From: Macrostomum lignano
Taxonomy: Eukaryota
NCBI GenBank assembly: GCA_002269645.1
Contig: NIVC01001001.1
Coordinates: forward strand, 321,934-385,933
Length of the DNA stretch: 64,000 nucleotides
Direction: 5' to 3'
Under the pieces are notes generated by a model that worked only from the letters and a program-made list of their open reading frames with translations, was not told where the DNA came from and made no database searches. Shown here in pieces: positions 12,183 through 24,824 of the stretch (its first letter is position 1; each line of letters begins with the position of its first letter). The position numbers and the translations under genes are program-made.

Positions 12183-12990
12183 CAGCCAACCACAAGAGCT
12201 GGGGTTGGTTGGGCAGCCAGTCAGCCAATCAGGGATGGTAAGGTAGGGCTCCAGCCAATCAGAGAGCTGGGGATAGTTAGGCAGGTTTCCAGACAATCAG
12301 AGAGTTAGGGATGATTGGGCAGGGTCCAAGCCAATCAGAGAGCTGGAAATGGTTGGGCAGGGTTCCAGCCAATCAGAGACCTGGAAATCGTTGGACAGGA
12401 CCCAGCCAATCAGGGATGGTTGAGTAGAGTTCCAGCCAATCAGAGAGCTGGGGATGGATGGAAAGGGTTCCCGCCAATTCGAGAGCTGGGAATGGTTGGG
12501 CAGGGTTCCAGCCAATCAGAGAGCTGGGGATGGACGGAAAGGGTTCCCGCCAATTCGAGAGCTGGGAATGGTTGGGCAGGGTTCCAGCCAATCAGAGAGC
12601 TGGGGATGGACGGAAAGGGTTCCCGCCAATTCGAGAGCTGGGAATGGTTGGACAGGGTTCCAGACAATCAGAGACCTGGGAATCGTTGGACAGGGACCCA
12701 GCCAATCAGGGATGGTTGAGTAGGGTTCCAGCCAATCAGAGAGCTGGCGATGGTTGGACAGGGACCCGGTCAATCAGTGATGGTTGGACAGGGTTGCAGC
12801 CAATTAGAGAGCTGGGGGTGGTTGGGCAGGGTTGCAGCCAATTAGAGAGCTGGGGATGGTTGGGCAGGGTTGCAGCCAATTAGAGAGCTGGGGTGGTTGG
12901 GCAGGGTTGCAGCCAATTAGAGAGCTGGGGATGGTTGGGCAGGGTTGCAGCCAATTAGAGAGCTGGGGATGGTTCGGTAGGGAGCCAGCC
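12183..12990 (+). repeat. ~38-bp minisatellite with one CCAAT box per unit (ccagccaatcagagagctggggatggttgggcagggtt), ~21 units, upstream of TDG-A
   Basis: Direct reading. cagccaatcag matches the NF-Y/CBF consensus. The array begins ~260 bp upstream of the TDG-A ATG. Confidence 0.85.
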
Positions 12991-14619
12991 AAGCAGAAAG
13001 CTCTGTGGGAGTGATACTAATGAATAGCTAGCAAATAGCACGCCGCCAAAGAAGCAAAAATGCAACACACAGTCGAGTCAGAAGACAGACAGCAAGCGCA
13101 TAGAACAGTAGAGACATGTGTATTTGAAAATTTCTCTGCAATACATAAACATTTCCGATTCATTTACTGAACTATATATAGAGGCCAGAGAATAATGAGA
13201 CACATATGAGTTAACATGATCATATTAATAAAGGATCCAAAATTACATAATTTCCTCAGTGCCTGTGCTAATCAAGCAGTTTACTTAATACTACACAGCA
13301 TTTCAATCGGTAAGCTGATTTATTATTTAGAACCAACAGTAGTACACAAGAATGATCCTATATAATGATATGAATTAAACTTCTCTCAAAACTGTAATAA
13401 CAATATGTATATAAGACAGCTAAGCATTAAAAAATGCCGCCAACAAAAATTATTAAAAAAGAAAAAAACACTTGATGTAGACGGAACCATAAAACGAATT
13501 ATAACAAATACTTCAGTAGTAATAAGCAGTACTAAAAATGAGTTAAATATATATGCCACAATAACACCGTTGCCATTAGTCAGCTTTCATGTAAATATAT
13601 AATTTAATGTACATATATAGCAAGCAGTGGATCTGTACAGAAGATGGAATGCATGCTTAGAGACAATAGAGCTGTGGACCAACATGTATACAGTTTATAT
13701 ATAATCATTTAAATGGGATTTAACTGGGTCGGGGCCTGCTGCGGTCGCCTTACTTAAAACCATTTTTTATACATTTCAGTATGTATTACTAATAACAGTA
13801 GAAAACTGAGAGACATAAAAACAAACAAGCAAAATTAAACAATGAAGCGGAGAAGCGAGTTCATAGCTACTATTAGTAACAAGTAGTGCATGAGAAAAAA
13901 ATGGGGAAATATAATTGTAGCACACAACAATTTTCAAGTTTGTTAATCAAAAAAAGCAGAAATGAAATTAACTCAACCAGCTCAAGTGCATACTGATTAT
14001 CTGTACAGAAAAATCAATTTTAATGTGAGTAAAACTTTCACAGCACAGCAGACAATCACTTGAAGCAGCATTAACCAGATTAAAGCATCAGTTGAATTTC
14101 CTTAAAAAAATTGGTTTCATTATTCAGTTAGCTGCAGAAGTCAGAATATAATATTAAACACTCAACAAATATTACAGAGGATTCTGTTGTATTAATGTTT
14201 AAGAAGTGCAATAAAAGTTTTAAAGCAATTCAAATAACACCAAACATGCACAGTTTGTTAATTACTATAGGCGTGATGCATTTAAAAACAAAAAATCAAT
14301 AATATATTTAATTTTATATTTATAGATAAATATATGATCAATGATAAAACAACTTGGCAGCAGAGGCTGGATGCGACAGATAAAATATGGCTAAATTTTA
14401 AAATAAACCCACAAAGGTTTCAAACATCAAAACGCGCAATTTTTGTTAAAACTACTTGTAGTAGTTCCTGGTTAATGCGTTTGACTTTCGCTTTAAAAGC
14501 AGCAGAGCTCCATTCTGTAAAGCTCAGATAGATCAAACCGATCAACTACTCATAGTAGAATGTCCCAATAATTTTTTTATACCGCAACTAAACCCCGCAG
14601 ATGCTACTAAAAATAGATA

Positions 14620-17600
14620 TTAGAGCGTAGTGTACGTGAGTTCCTGACGGTCCAGTCCAGATGCAGCGCCGCTAGCAGACGAAGCTGAGACAGCGCCGCC
14701 AGCGGAGGAGACGGCCACGGTGAGGGCGGGAAGGCCGGAGACGGCCTGAATGGCGCCGCCGGGTCCACCGGAGATGGCGGCAGCGGCGGCAACGGAGCTG
14801 GCCAGCTGGCTGGGGTCGGACACCAGCAGCAGGTTGGTGAAGTTCGGGAAGCCCAGCTGCTGACCGCTGATCAACTGGAAGGAGGGAGTCACGGCCGCTG
14901 CGGTGCCCCAGGGATCCGTTGGCGCACTCGGCGCCCCGCTGGCGCCGCCTCCGGCTGTCGCGGCGGCTGCGGCTGCGGCGGCCGGCTGATAATAGAGAGG
15001 CTGACACAGCTGCCACTCGCCTTGCTGGTTCATCACAGCGTATTGGGGAGTTCCGGCGAATGACGTGATGTTGGGGAGGCTGGCAATGACCGCCTGCTGC
15101 TGCTGTTGCTGCTGCTGCTGCTGTTGGTGATGCAGCATCTGCTGCTGCTGCTGCTGATGCACAAGCTGCTGCTGTTGAAATACCTGCTGGAAATAGAGAA
15201 CATATTGTTCTACATCGGTATAATAACAATTGACAAAAACCTCCCAAGTCACAGAGAGTGAAAATAGCCTGACAATGAGAAAATCAGAGCCCCTGTACAC
15301 CCTGTGTGAGCGTGCACGACTTGTTTGCCATATCCATTAGACATACCTGTTGCTGTTGTTGCTGCTGCTGGTGTTGCATTTCTTGTTTCATCCCTGCCAC
15401 TTGAAACAGAACAGTTTGTTGCTGTTGCGGCTGCTGCTGCTGTTGCTGCTGTTGAGCAGTTTGTTGAGCCACAGCTTTAGATTTTGTGCCTTTGCTTCGC
15501 TTTTTCTTCGGCTCGGCTGCTGACGTGGCGGCATTAGCGTTAGCGCCGCTTTGAACTGCGCAGCCAGCGGCGCCACCGGCTGCCGCTTCAGCGCCAGCAA
15601 CTGCGCCACCAGCTGCTGCGGCCGCCGCCTCCGCTTCGGCGGCTTTTCGTTGACGACGACGCTCGGCTTTGAGCACAGATTTGGGATCGGGCTGGCTCAC
15701 CCGCATCTCAGTGTAGTCTGTGAATACCTGGCCAAGCGATGAGGATTGGCATTGATGAGATTGAGGATGTCACTGCTGCAGGTCTGTTACCTAGCCAGTA
15801 CTATTCGTGAACGATGAGTAGATGCTAACAGGTAAATGAGCAGAGCATGAGCAGAGGATGAGCAGACTCAATAAGCAGACTCAATGAGCAGAATCAATGA
15901 GCAGAATCAATGAGTAGAATCAATGAGCAGAATCAATGAGCAGACTCAATGAGCAGAGGATGAACAGAATAAATAAGCAGAACATGAGCAGACTCAGGGA
16001 GCAGAACATGAGCAGACTCAATGAGCAGACTCAATGAGCAGAATCAATGAGCAGAATCAATGAGCAGAACATGAGCATACTCAATGAGCAGAATCAATGT
16101 GCAGAGCATGAGCAGACTCAATGAGCAGAGCATGAGCAGAATCAATCAGCAGAGCATGAGCAGAATTAATGAGCAGAATCAATGAGCAGAGCATGAGCAG
16201 ACTCAATGAGCAGACTCAATGAGCAGAATCAATGTGCAGAGCATGAGCAGACTCAATGAGCAGACATGAGCAGATTCAAAGAGCAGAACATGAGCACACT
16301 CAATGAGCAGACTCTACTCAATGAGCAGACTCTACTCAATGAGCAGAATCAATGTGCAGAGCATGAGCAGACTCAATGAGCAGACTCAATGAGCAGAATC
16401 AATGAGCAGAGCATGAGCAGACTCAATGAGCAGACTCAATGAGCAGAATCAATGAGCAGAATCAATGTGCAGAGCATGAGCAGACTCAATGAGCAGACAT
16501 GAGCAGATTCAAAGAGCAGAACATGAGCACACTCAATGAGCAGACTCTACTCAATGAGCAGAATCAATGTGCAGAGCATGAGCAGACTCAATGAGCAGAG
16601 CATGAGCAGAATCAATGAGCAGAGCATGAGCAGAATCAATGAGCACTCAATGAGCACAGAATTAAAAAGACGAGATGACATTAACACAGACAAGAGGTTT
16701 AATCGACTAATTTATCAGCTCACCAGCTCAGCGTCGGGCACAGGGCCTGTCCTGCCCAAGATTTGGTCTCGCATTTTGCGCAGAGCAATGTAGAACGGCA
16801 GTTTATCTGCAGCTCTGGGCAGCTGGGCGCACCTGGCACTGGAGGAGGGCATCACGAATACCGCGATGTCGTCTGTGCCAGGCAGAGGGCCCGGCTGCTT
16901 GCCCATGTAGAAATTCTTGTTGCCAACAAATGCCTCGTAGATGCCTGCGGGAGGGAGACGGCAGCTTCTCTGCAGTAGATTGAGAACCTCACCCTCACAT
17001 CGTAGAGAGTCTCAGATAGAATAGAGAAAAATCTTAACCCCATGATTCTATAGGGGAGAATCTCACTCTTAAAATTTCGTAGAGAGGGTATCTCACCCTA
17101 AGATTGCATAGAATAGTCTCAGTCTCACCCCTAAGACTGCATAGAGCAGAATCTCACCCATAAGACTGCATACAGGAGAATCTCCCCCATAAGATTGCAT
17201 AGAGTCTCACTCTTAAGATTGCATAGAGGAGAAACTCACCCCTAAGATTGCATAGTGGACAATCTCACCCCTAAGATTGCATAAAGGAGAATCCCAAGAT
17301 TTCATAGAGACAGTATCTCTCCCTAAGATTGCATAGAAAAGTCTCACCCGCTGCATAGAGGAGAATCTCACCCTTAAGATTGCATAGAGGAGAATCTCAC
17401 CTTAAAGATTGCATAGAAGAGAATCTTACCCCAAAGATTGCATAGAGAAGAATCTCACCCCTAAGATTGCATAGAGGAGAATCTCACCCTTAAGGTTGCA
17501 TAGAAGTCTCACCCCTAAGATTGCATAGAAGAGTCTCACCCGCTGCATAGAGGAGAATCTCACCCAAAGATTGCATAGAGGAGAATCTCACCCCTAAGAT

Positions 17601-19075
17601 TGCATAGAGGAGACTCGCACCCTAAGATTGCATAGATGAGAATCCCACCCTTAAGATTGCATAGGCAAGGCTCTATCCTGCAAAATAAATCAATATCTAC
17701 AAGCAATAAATCACTGCAGACTCTAATTACTCACCTTTGCCATTGAAGACTGCAATCTTCGGCTTGTGCCTGGTCAATTTTTCCAATAAAATTTCGGCAC
17801 CCTGTTTCATTTCTTTCCTGTAAACAATATTCAATATGGGGTAGAATTAAAACAAAGATAATTTCGATACATATCGGTAGTTGGAACGCTTAACTAAACC
17901 AGAGGAGACAGTAAACCATACCTGGTCAGCTCGGCGGCCCCTTTGATCGGGCGGGTGACGACGTTGGTAAAACCGATGCCGAACTGACAGATCCGATAGT
18001 CGTCATGGCAACTAAGCTGGTCGCTGATAAGCCCGCTATCGGTCAGGCAGGACCAGAAGTGGTTGCCAGGGCCCGCATAGTGATGCCCGGAGTACACGGC
18101 GGATAACATGGGGTTGAGGCCGATCTGGGAGGTCAGAGAGCTGCTTACCGTGAGACTGTGAGACGGCGACTCAAAGCACACAGGTACTCACCACTACAAT
18201 GTCCAGGCCGTCAGCGAGGTAGTCTGGTAGGGCGGTAATGGTGCTGGGCAGCGGCTGGTTTTGCTCGTCCACCAGCAGCTGGCTGCGGAACTTCTCGCAG
18301 CGGGGACAGGCGCCGATAGCGTTCAGCTCCAGGCGCTGGCGCTTCGTCAGCAGGCTGCAATTGGAGGGCTGGCTGTGTCAGCTTGGTGAGTGGCTGTGTC
18401 AGCTGGGTGAGTGGCTGTCAGCTTGGTGAGTGGCTGTGTCAGCTGGGTATGTGGTTGTGTCAGCTGGGTATGTGGCTGTGTCAGCTTGGTGAGTGGCTGT
18501 GTCAGCTGGGTGTGTGGCTGTGTCAGCTGGGTGTGGCTGTGTCATTTGGGAGGGTGGCTCTGTCAGCTGGGTGGCTGTGTCAGCTGGGTGAGTGGCTGTG
18601 TCAGCTGGGTGAGTGGCTGTGTCAGCTGGGTGGCTGTGTCAGCAGACAGCAAATGGGTAGCACCTGACCTTTCCACATTTTTGGCTCCAGATGGTATCAC
18701 AATAGGTTTGTTCATAAGCTGCTGCTGCTGTTGCTGCTGCTGATGCTGCTGCAAAAGCATCAGGTGCTGCTGCTGCTGTTGCTGCGGAGTGGCCGGAGGG
18801 GTCGGCAGGTGCACAGAGGTCACAGATGAGCTGGGCTGAGACACGGGACTCATGAGATGATTGACTTGATGTTGCTGCTGCTGTGGCTGCTGAATGATCA
18901 CGCCAGACTGCTGTTCTCCGTTAACCATGCCGTTACCAGGGACATTTTGAACGATCACTGGCTGCTGGGCATAGGAGACCGCTGAGCCGGTGTGGTGATA
19001 AGCAGGTGCGAAAGCCTGAGGCTGATGTGCAGATGCTGATGTAGACAAAGTCAGCGCCTGGCCAGCTGCACTCAT
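14620..19075 (-). CDS. TDG: Thymine-DNA glycosylase paralog B, ~674 aa; exons 19075-18669, 18354-18192, 18124-17922, 17817-17735, 16944-16724, 15727-15347, 15186-14620
   Basis: Same exon structure and core motifs as paralog A; GT-AG junctions; total CDS 2025 nt, open throughout. Confidence 0.93.
15835..16660. repeat. ~13-bp minisatellite in TDG-B intron 5 (about 3x longer than in copy A)
   Basis: Same tcaatgagcaga unit as 9085-9330. Confidence 0.9.
16985..17665. repeat. ~29-bp minisatellite in TDG-B intron 4
   Basis: Same unit as 9660-9980, longer array. Confidence 0.9.
18365..18645. repeat. 16-21-bp minisatellite in TDG-B intron 1 (shorter than in copy A)
   Basis: Same unit as 10740-11520. 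Confidence 0.9.
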
Positions 19076-21246
19076 CCTTTCAGCAGATTGTTTGATCGAC
19101 GAAATTGAGCAAAAATTAACTAATACCTTGATGGACTCAGGTGTAAGTGACTAACTAAGCTGGATTATACTTATTCAGTAATAAAGCAATAATTTTAGTG
19201 CTGTGCTGACAGGGTGATAGCGTCAAGTATCTCTGAGGGGATCCTTTGGGGGGGAAAATTGATTTGCGATCTGAAATAGGAATAGAAAATCTTATTTTAT
19301 TAATAGAATATTGCAATCATTAGCAATTTTTAATTGCTTGAACTTTATTTTTAAATAGTAAGTTTCAATAAAGTAAATGTCAAATGAGTGACACAGTTGT
19401 GTAGATAATTTTGATTAAATGCTGAAATTTTAATCTAAAAATGCAATTGATTGTGAAATTAAATTAATCAATTAAAGTACCTATCATAGGTAATACTAAC
19501 AAAATATAATTATACCATTTGCAAAATAAGTTCTTTTGAAATACTATAAAAATTATATAGTCACTCTGTCTTTTAGAAATCTTTGGTTTAAACATCTACT
19601 TATAGGTATTAGTGCAAAAAACAGGCCATATTGAGACTTAAATTTCTTGTAAAAATTGGTACCACAAAATTTAAGTCCAATATCCAAATCAAATGCTTCT
19701 TAAAGACTTAGTAAGTGATGAAATACCATGAAATTATGCTTAAATGTGTATCATAACAACATGTATGCAGGAAAATTTATCTGTATTGGTTCTGTAAAGT
19801 TTGAAAAAATAACACTTTTCTATTCTTTATAATAGTTTATGCTATTATATTGTGTTGAACTTATACAAAATATTTTTGTTTCAATATACTAAATATTTTG
19901 TTATACTATGCAAAATAGATTGAGGAATCATTTCTAAATGTATAGCCATAGGGGGAATGACTATATAAAGGAGTGAATTTTGAGGATTTTTGAAGACTTT
20001 GAGAAAAAACCGAAGTAGAGTCAAAGAGCTCCTCAAAACTATCAAATAAAGTTCAAGCTATATACAAACTTTTATAGAGTTAGATACAAGTTATTCCTTT
20101 CCAGATTTCTAAGAATTGTTGAAAGAAATTTACTAAAAGGAAATGGGAATAATTTAGAGTTATATAAAGAAGAAAAATTGCTATATGACACAAATCTTAG
20201 TGACACCTAGATTGGAAACCATTATATGTACCAGTAAAAGACTACTTAGACCATAATATATTAGACTGTTACAATAATATAGTAGACTAGTAAAAATTTA
20301 GAAATATAAATTAAATTATATAATTTTATCATACATAATTAATAACATTTATTATTTAATATAATAGTGTCAATTTCATCTTTAGAAAAGCCTACAATAG
20401 GAGTTCTGATACCAAAATATTAGGAAATATTGAAACAAGAACATTAGTGCATACAATGGATATTAATATCAAGTTGGTACTTCTTTCACTTGTTATTTGT
20501 AAAATTACCATAACAATCAAGACAGTTTTCTAACTATGCTAAATATTAATTGTACACCAATATGAACAATAAGAAAATTCCACATGGCTTTTATATGCCA
20601 GAAAATTTTTGCATGTAGGCCACCCTTTTGCATATAGATTATATATCAAAAACAAAATGACAATTGAATTATAAATGATAATCTTAGGCAGAAAACAAGG
20701 AAGTTAACAAATTAGATAAAGTCTATATTTTAGAGCATATTGATAGAATGCTAGAAAATTTTGGTAGGCCTATAAATGATATATTCTGGAATATGGTATT
20801 AGGTAAGCTAAGGTTGATAATAAGAACTACTAGATGTTACAATTGTATCAATATATAAAGAATAGGTTTAGGCCTTATATTAAATCTTTTAATAATTTGA
20901 TAGTGTCCCACATTTAGGATCATATTATTTGTACAAGGAATATCTAGCATACATTTGTAACAACTAGCATATATTAGGTTCATATTTTTTAAGTCTTACA
21001 ATGTACATCTTTATCTATAAAAATGAAATCTGTGTATGTGTGTGTCTGTGGCCAATTTTGTTTGCTATGGACTCCCAAACCACATAACCAAATTATACCA
21101 AAATTTACACCCACCTTAAACTTTACACCCATCTGTAGAGCAAATTATTGCCTTTCAAAACTGAATATATATTAATATAAGATGACTGTTTAAATGATAA
21201 AAAGGCATGATCATATAAAAATGTCAAATTTTTTTCATACTATAGG

Positions 21247-21930
21247 TAGAGCTGTCAAAATTAGAGATTTTATTCGAGATGAGATTCGAGACGAGAAAGG
21301 CTTATAAGTTGAGAATTTCGAGACAAGACAAGACAAAGTAAATCTAAAAAATATATTTCAGAATTGCATCTTGTCTTGCTCTTATCTTGCCTTATCTTGT
21401 CTTAAATTTCTTGATAAGATACAATTCTAAAATATATTTTTTAGATTTTCCAGAATACTTTCTTAATTCTAGTTTAAATTCTTTGCTATTTATTCATAAG
21501 AATTTATGCTTATAGCATATAGGCCCTTGGCCATACTATGTCTATTATTAATTCGTCAAAAGACCTGTGTAGATTGTCTTCAAGTCTGCTATGATACACC
21601 TTGCTGCAGAACTGAAATGATAACTAAAAAAGTGCATATGCAATGCAAACTTGTATATAACGACATTCGTTAAATAATTGCTCAACATTGGCTAGATTTT
21701 ACCATTTGAAAATTGCCCTATCAAGCGTGTTACAACAAACAGTTGTATTTATACGAAAATTTGCTCCCCTTTTTATATCTTATCACTTAAAAGCTTTTGA
21801 AAAAAGGTATCAGAAAAATTCTTGAATCTTGTCTCGAATTTCTTGACAAAATTTGAGATTTCTCGAGACGAGAAAAAATGTTGAGATCTTGTCTCGAATC
21901 TTGTCTTATCGAGATCTTGTGACAGCTCTA
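21247..21930. mobile_element. Non-autonomous hAT-type DNA transposon (MITE), 684 bp
   Basis: 11-bp TIRs tagagctgtca (21247) / tgacagctcta (ends 21930). The 8-bp flanks actatagg / actatagc match 7/8, consistent with a hAT TSD. Subterminal gagac/aagac repeats; no transposase ORF. Confidence 0.8.
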
Positions 21931-24824
21931 ACTATAGCGTATAGGAACGCAATCATTCTTTCATAAAAGTTTTCTTGAAATGATAGTCTTCTAAAACTAA
22001 ATATATACAGACTAACTATTTAAATGTTTTTTAATTAACTTAGGCCTATAAAATGTTTTTTTTCAGTTTGAACAGACAATTAAGACATTTTTTCAATGGT
22101 GATTATCTCCTAAAACTAATAAGTTTGGCCCTAAGGCTAAGCAATGATTGTCATGTAAAATTATTATATATATAACTAAACAATTATTTTTTTAATATAT
22201 TATAAATATTTAAATGAATGATAATAGTTTCATCAAAAATGAAAAAATATTTTTTTAATTTACGACTACGTCAATGTTTACATTGATACTAGACTAGAAT
22301 AAGCATTAACATACAGATTTTTAGGCAACCATTGGTATATTTCACATATTAGTGCATCTTGTTTGGCATACTTGGTATATATAGGCCTAGTATATAATCA
22401 AATATATTTTTTGTAACTTCTAGCATATCTATAGGCCTATGCCTAATATGATCCTGACTTCCATAGTCTATTTTGTTATAAGCCTAGTTATGCCAAAAAT
22501 ATGTTATAGTTATGGCTTATGCCATTTAATAATTAAATTTTATTAAAATCTGTTTTGAAGTCAAGGCTCATGACTTTAAACTAGGCCTATAAGGCTAACA
22601 TGATAATAGCTAGACTAAATAGGCTGAGCTATATATATGATCTAGATGGCTAGACCTATCTTATTGCATGGATGAGTAACACCAACAATAAATTGATATT
22701 AAATAGTGAGTAGGCCTGTGCCAGGTTGACATGCCCATATAATATAACATAAGCCTAAGCTATAAGGAAAGAAAGCCCAAGCATAATGCAAAGACCATTC
22801 TAGTAGGCCTAACAGTAGGCCTAGCAGGGACACCGGACAAGGCCACAAGGGTACATTGATCACAACTTTACAAGACAATGTAAACAAGTACCCAGTACCA
22901 GGAGGTACTACCACTACCATCTGATGAAATAGGTCCTAGCGGTATAAAGGGGTGCCACCGAATTCGTCAACATCTAATTCGTCAACTCTGGTATAAAGGC
23001 TAAGCCTAGGGCCTAATAAAGCCACAAGAGCTAGTCTAATCGACTAATCCAATTGTTTCTATGATGAATTATAAGAAAAAATGCAGAAATTGTTAAATAG
23101 CGCAATTATGTGGTCAAACATCGAATTGTAAGTTCAACGCACATTATGCACTAGAGGCTCTGTTTCGTAACAAAAGCAATCAAAAAAGGAAAATAAAGTA
23201 GCTATTTTTTTAGAAAATCTTTATACGATGTATAATTAAAATAAAAAGATAAATGTCAAGAAATTTTACTTTTAGCATTCCTTAATAACTGATAGTACAC
23301 TTTTATGCTATTTATGTTGATGCTTTCTATTATTTATACAATAAATTAAGCATAAAAATTAGTTTGTTGTTTAACTGCTTTATTCTTTGTGATTTACGGG
23401 CTCGATTCATGGATGAAGGAATATATCTATTCTATTCTTTCTATTCCTTCATCCATGGCTTGATTTTTTCGGCTTAGCGAGATGCTGTTGTGTTTCCTTA
23501 TCTTACAAAGCTAATAGACCATACACCATACCGTTGCAGTTTTACGACAAATCGAAAACAATAGATATATATATATAAATCGATACATATACCTGCAAAA
23601 GGGACACATGCCTGCGATTTATATATATATTAGGCACGGATCGAATCTTATCATCATTAATGCGTACATATACATGCAAAATTTCGTTTGCTTTTACGTG
23701 CCGGGTGCAGTTTCTGTGGTTACAGTACGTACACTGAGGAATTGGATGCCTAGCTCTAGATCTGAGGAATTGGGTGCCTCTAGATCTGACGAATTGCATG
23801 CCTCTAGATCTGAGGAATTGGCCATGTCAAGTTGACTTACTGTAAATTGTCCGGCCCGTCGTATAATAAAATAAAATGTACATGTATACATATACACAGT
23901 AGTACATGTACGTGCAAAAAACAGCATCAAAAAACGAGGATGTTTATGTAGCAGCAGTCAGGATGAAGGGCAACAGTGGGGTTGTTAGGGGCAGTGCAGA
24001 TGAAGAATATCAGTGAGGATGTGAAAGATCAGGGAGCTGGGTGTAGCGCAGCAGTCGACGCGGATTAAGATTCAAAGAGTCGAGGGTATGCTACAGTAAT
24101 AGCAGCAGTCACGGATTAAGATCAAGGATCGAGGGTGTAGCGCAGCAGACGTTGAATTAAGGATTAGGGATATCAGGGTGTAGCAGCAGCGGCAGTTACA
24201 TTAAGTGTAGTAGAGATGCCGGTGTAGATGAAGTTAGGTAAAAGCTAATAGAGTTTTTTTTCAGTAAATGCATATGACGTAAAATTCAGTAAACTTCAGT
24301 GGAAACTCATGCAATGTCATTACCCTAGGGAATTTTAGCACAGCAATTTGTTCCCAGGTCAACTCATGATTGAGCCTGCGATAAAAAAACTATGAACCAC
24401 GCGGTGGGGTTTATATGCAGGCTGAAATGTTCAGCTGACTAAAATCCCATTAAGCCTTGAATTGCAACTTTTTTTACGACACGCAAGGATGACAGACAGT
24501 TTGTCCTTGACTCTTCCTGACATGATGCAGGTTTATGCGGGCTTGTTCTCGAACCCATGCCCAGCATGCACACGCACATGATGCCTATATTAGTGTACAA
24601 TAATACCATGGTTATACACACAGCAGGTTCCAGAGGGATCCCAGCTCCAATGCAGGAAACCTGAATAAATTTACAAATTTTTAAACCTTTGAATTCATTT
24701 AAGCTCTGATAGTAACTGTATGGAAGTCCACATTGGGAGGCTGGTGTAAGTAATTCATTTATCGATGCTTTTCAAAGCTCTAATTTTATATCTAGAGGTT
24801 CATAGTTTAGAACTAAAGGCTGTA

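Noticed and set aside
7849-19075. TDG duplication as a pure assembly artefact (allelic haplotigs in tandem)
   Set aside because: Exon 4 (~76% identity, mostly synonymous changes), the exon-6 linker and both flanks are far too divergent for alleles. Local cross-polishing of the identical tracts is still possible.
19100-21000. AT-rich region possibly derived from an old transposon
   Set aside because: No ORF, termini or recognisable motif; cannot be supported.
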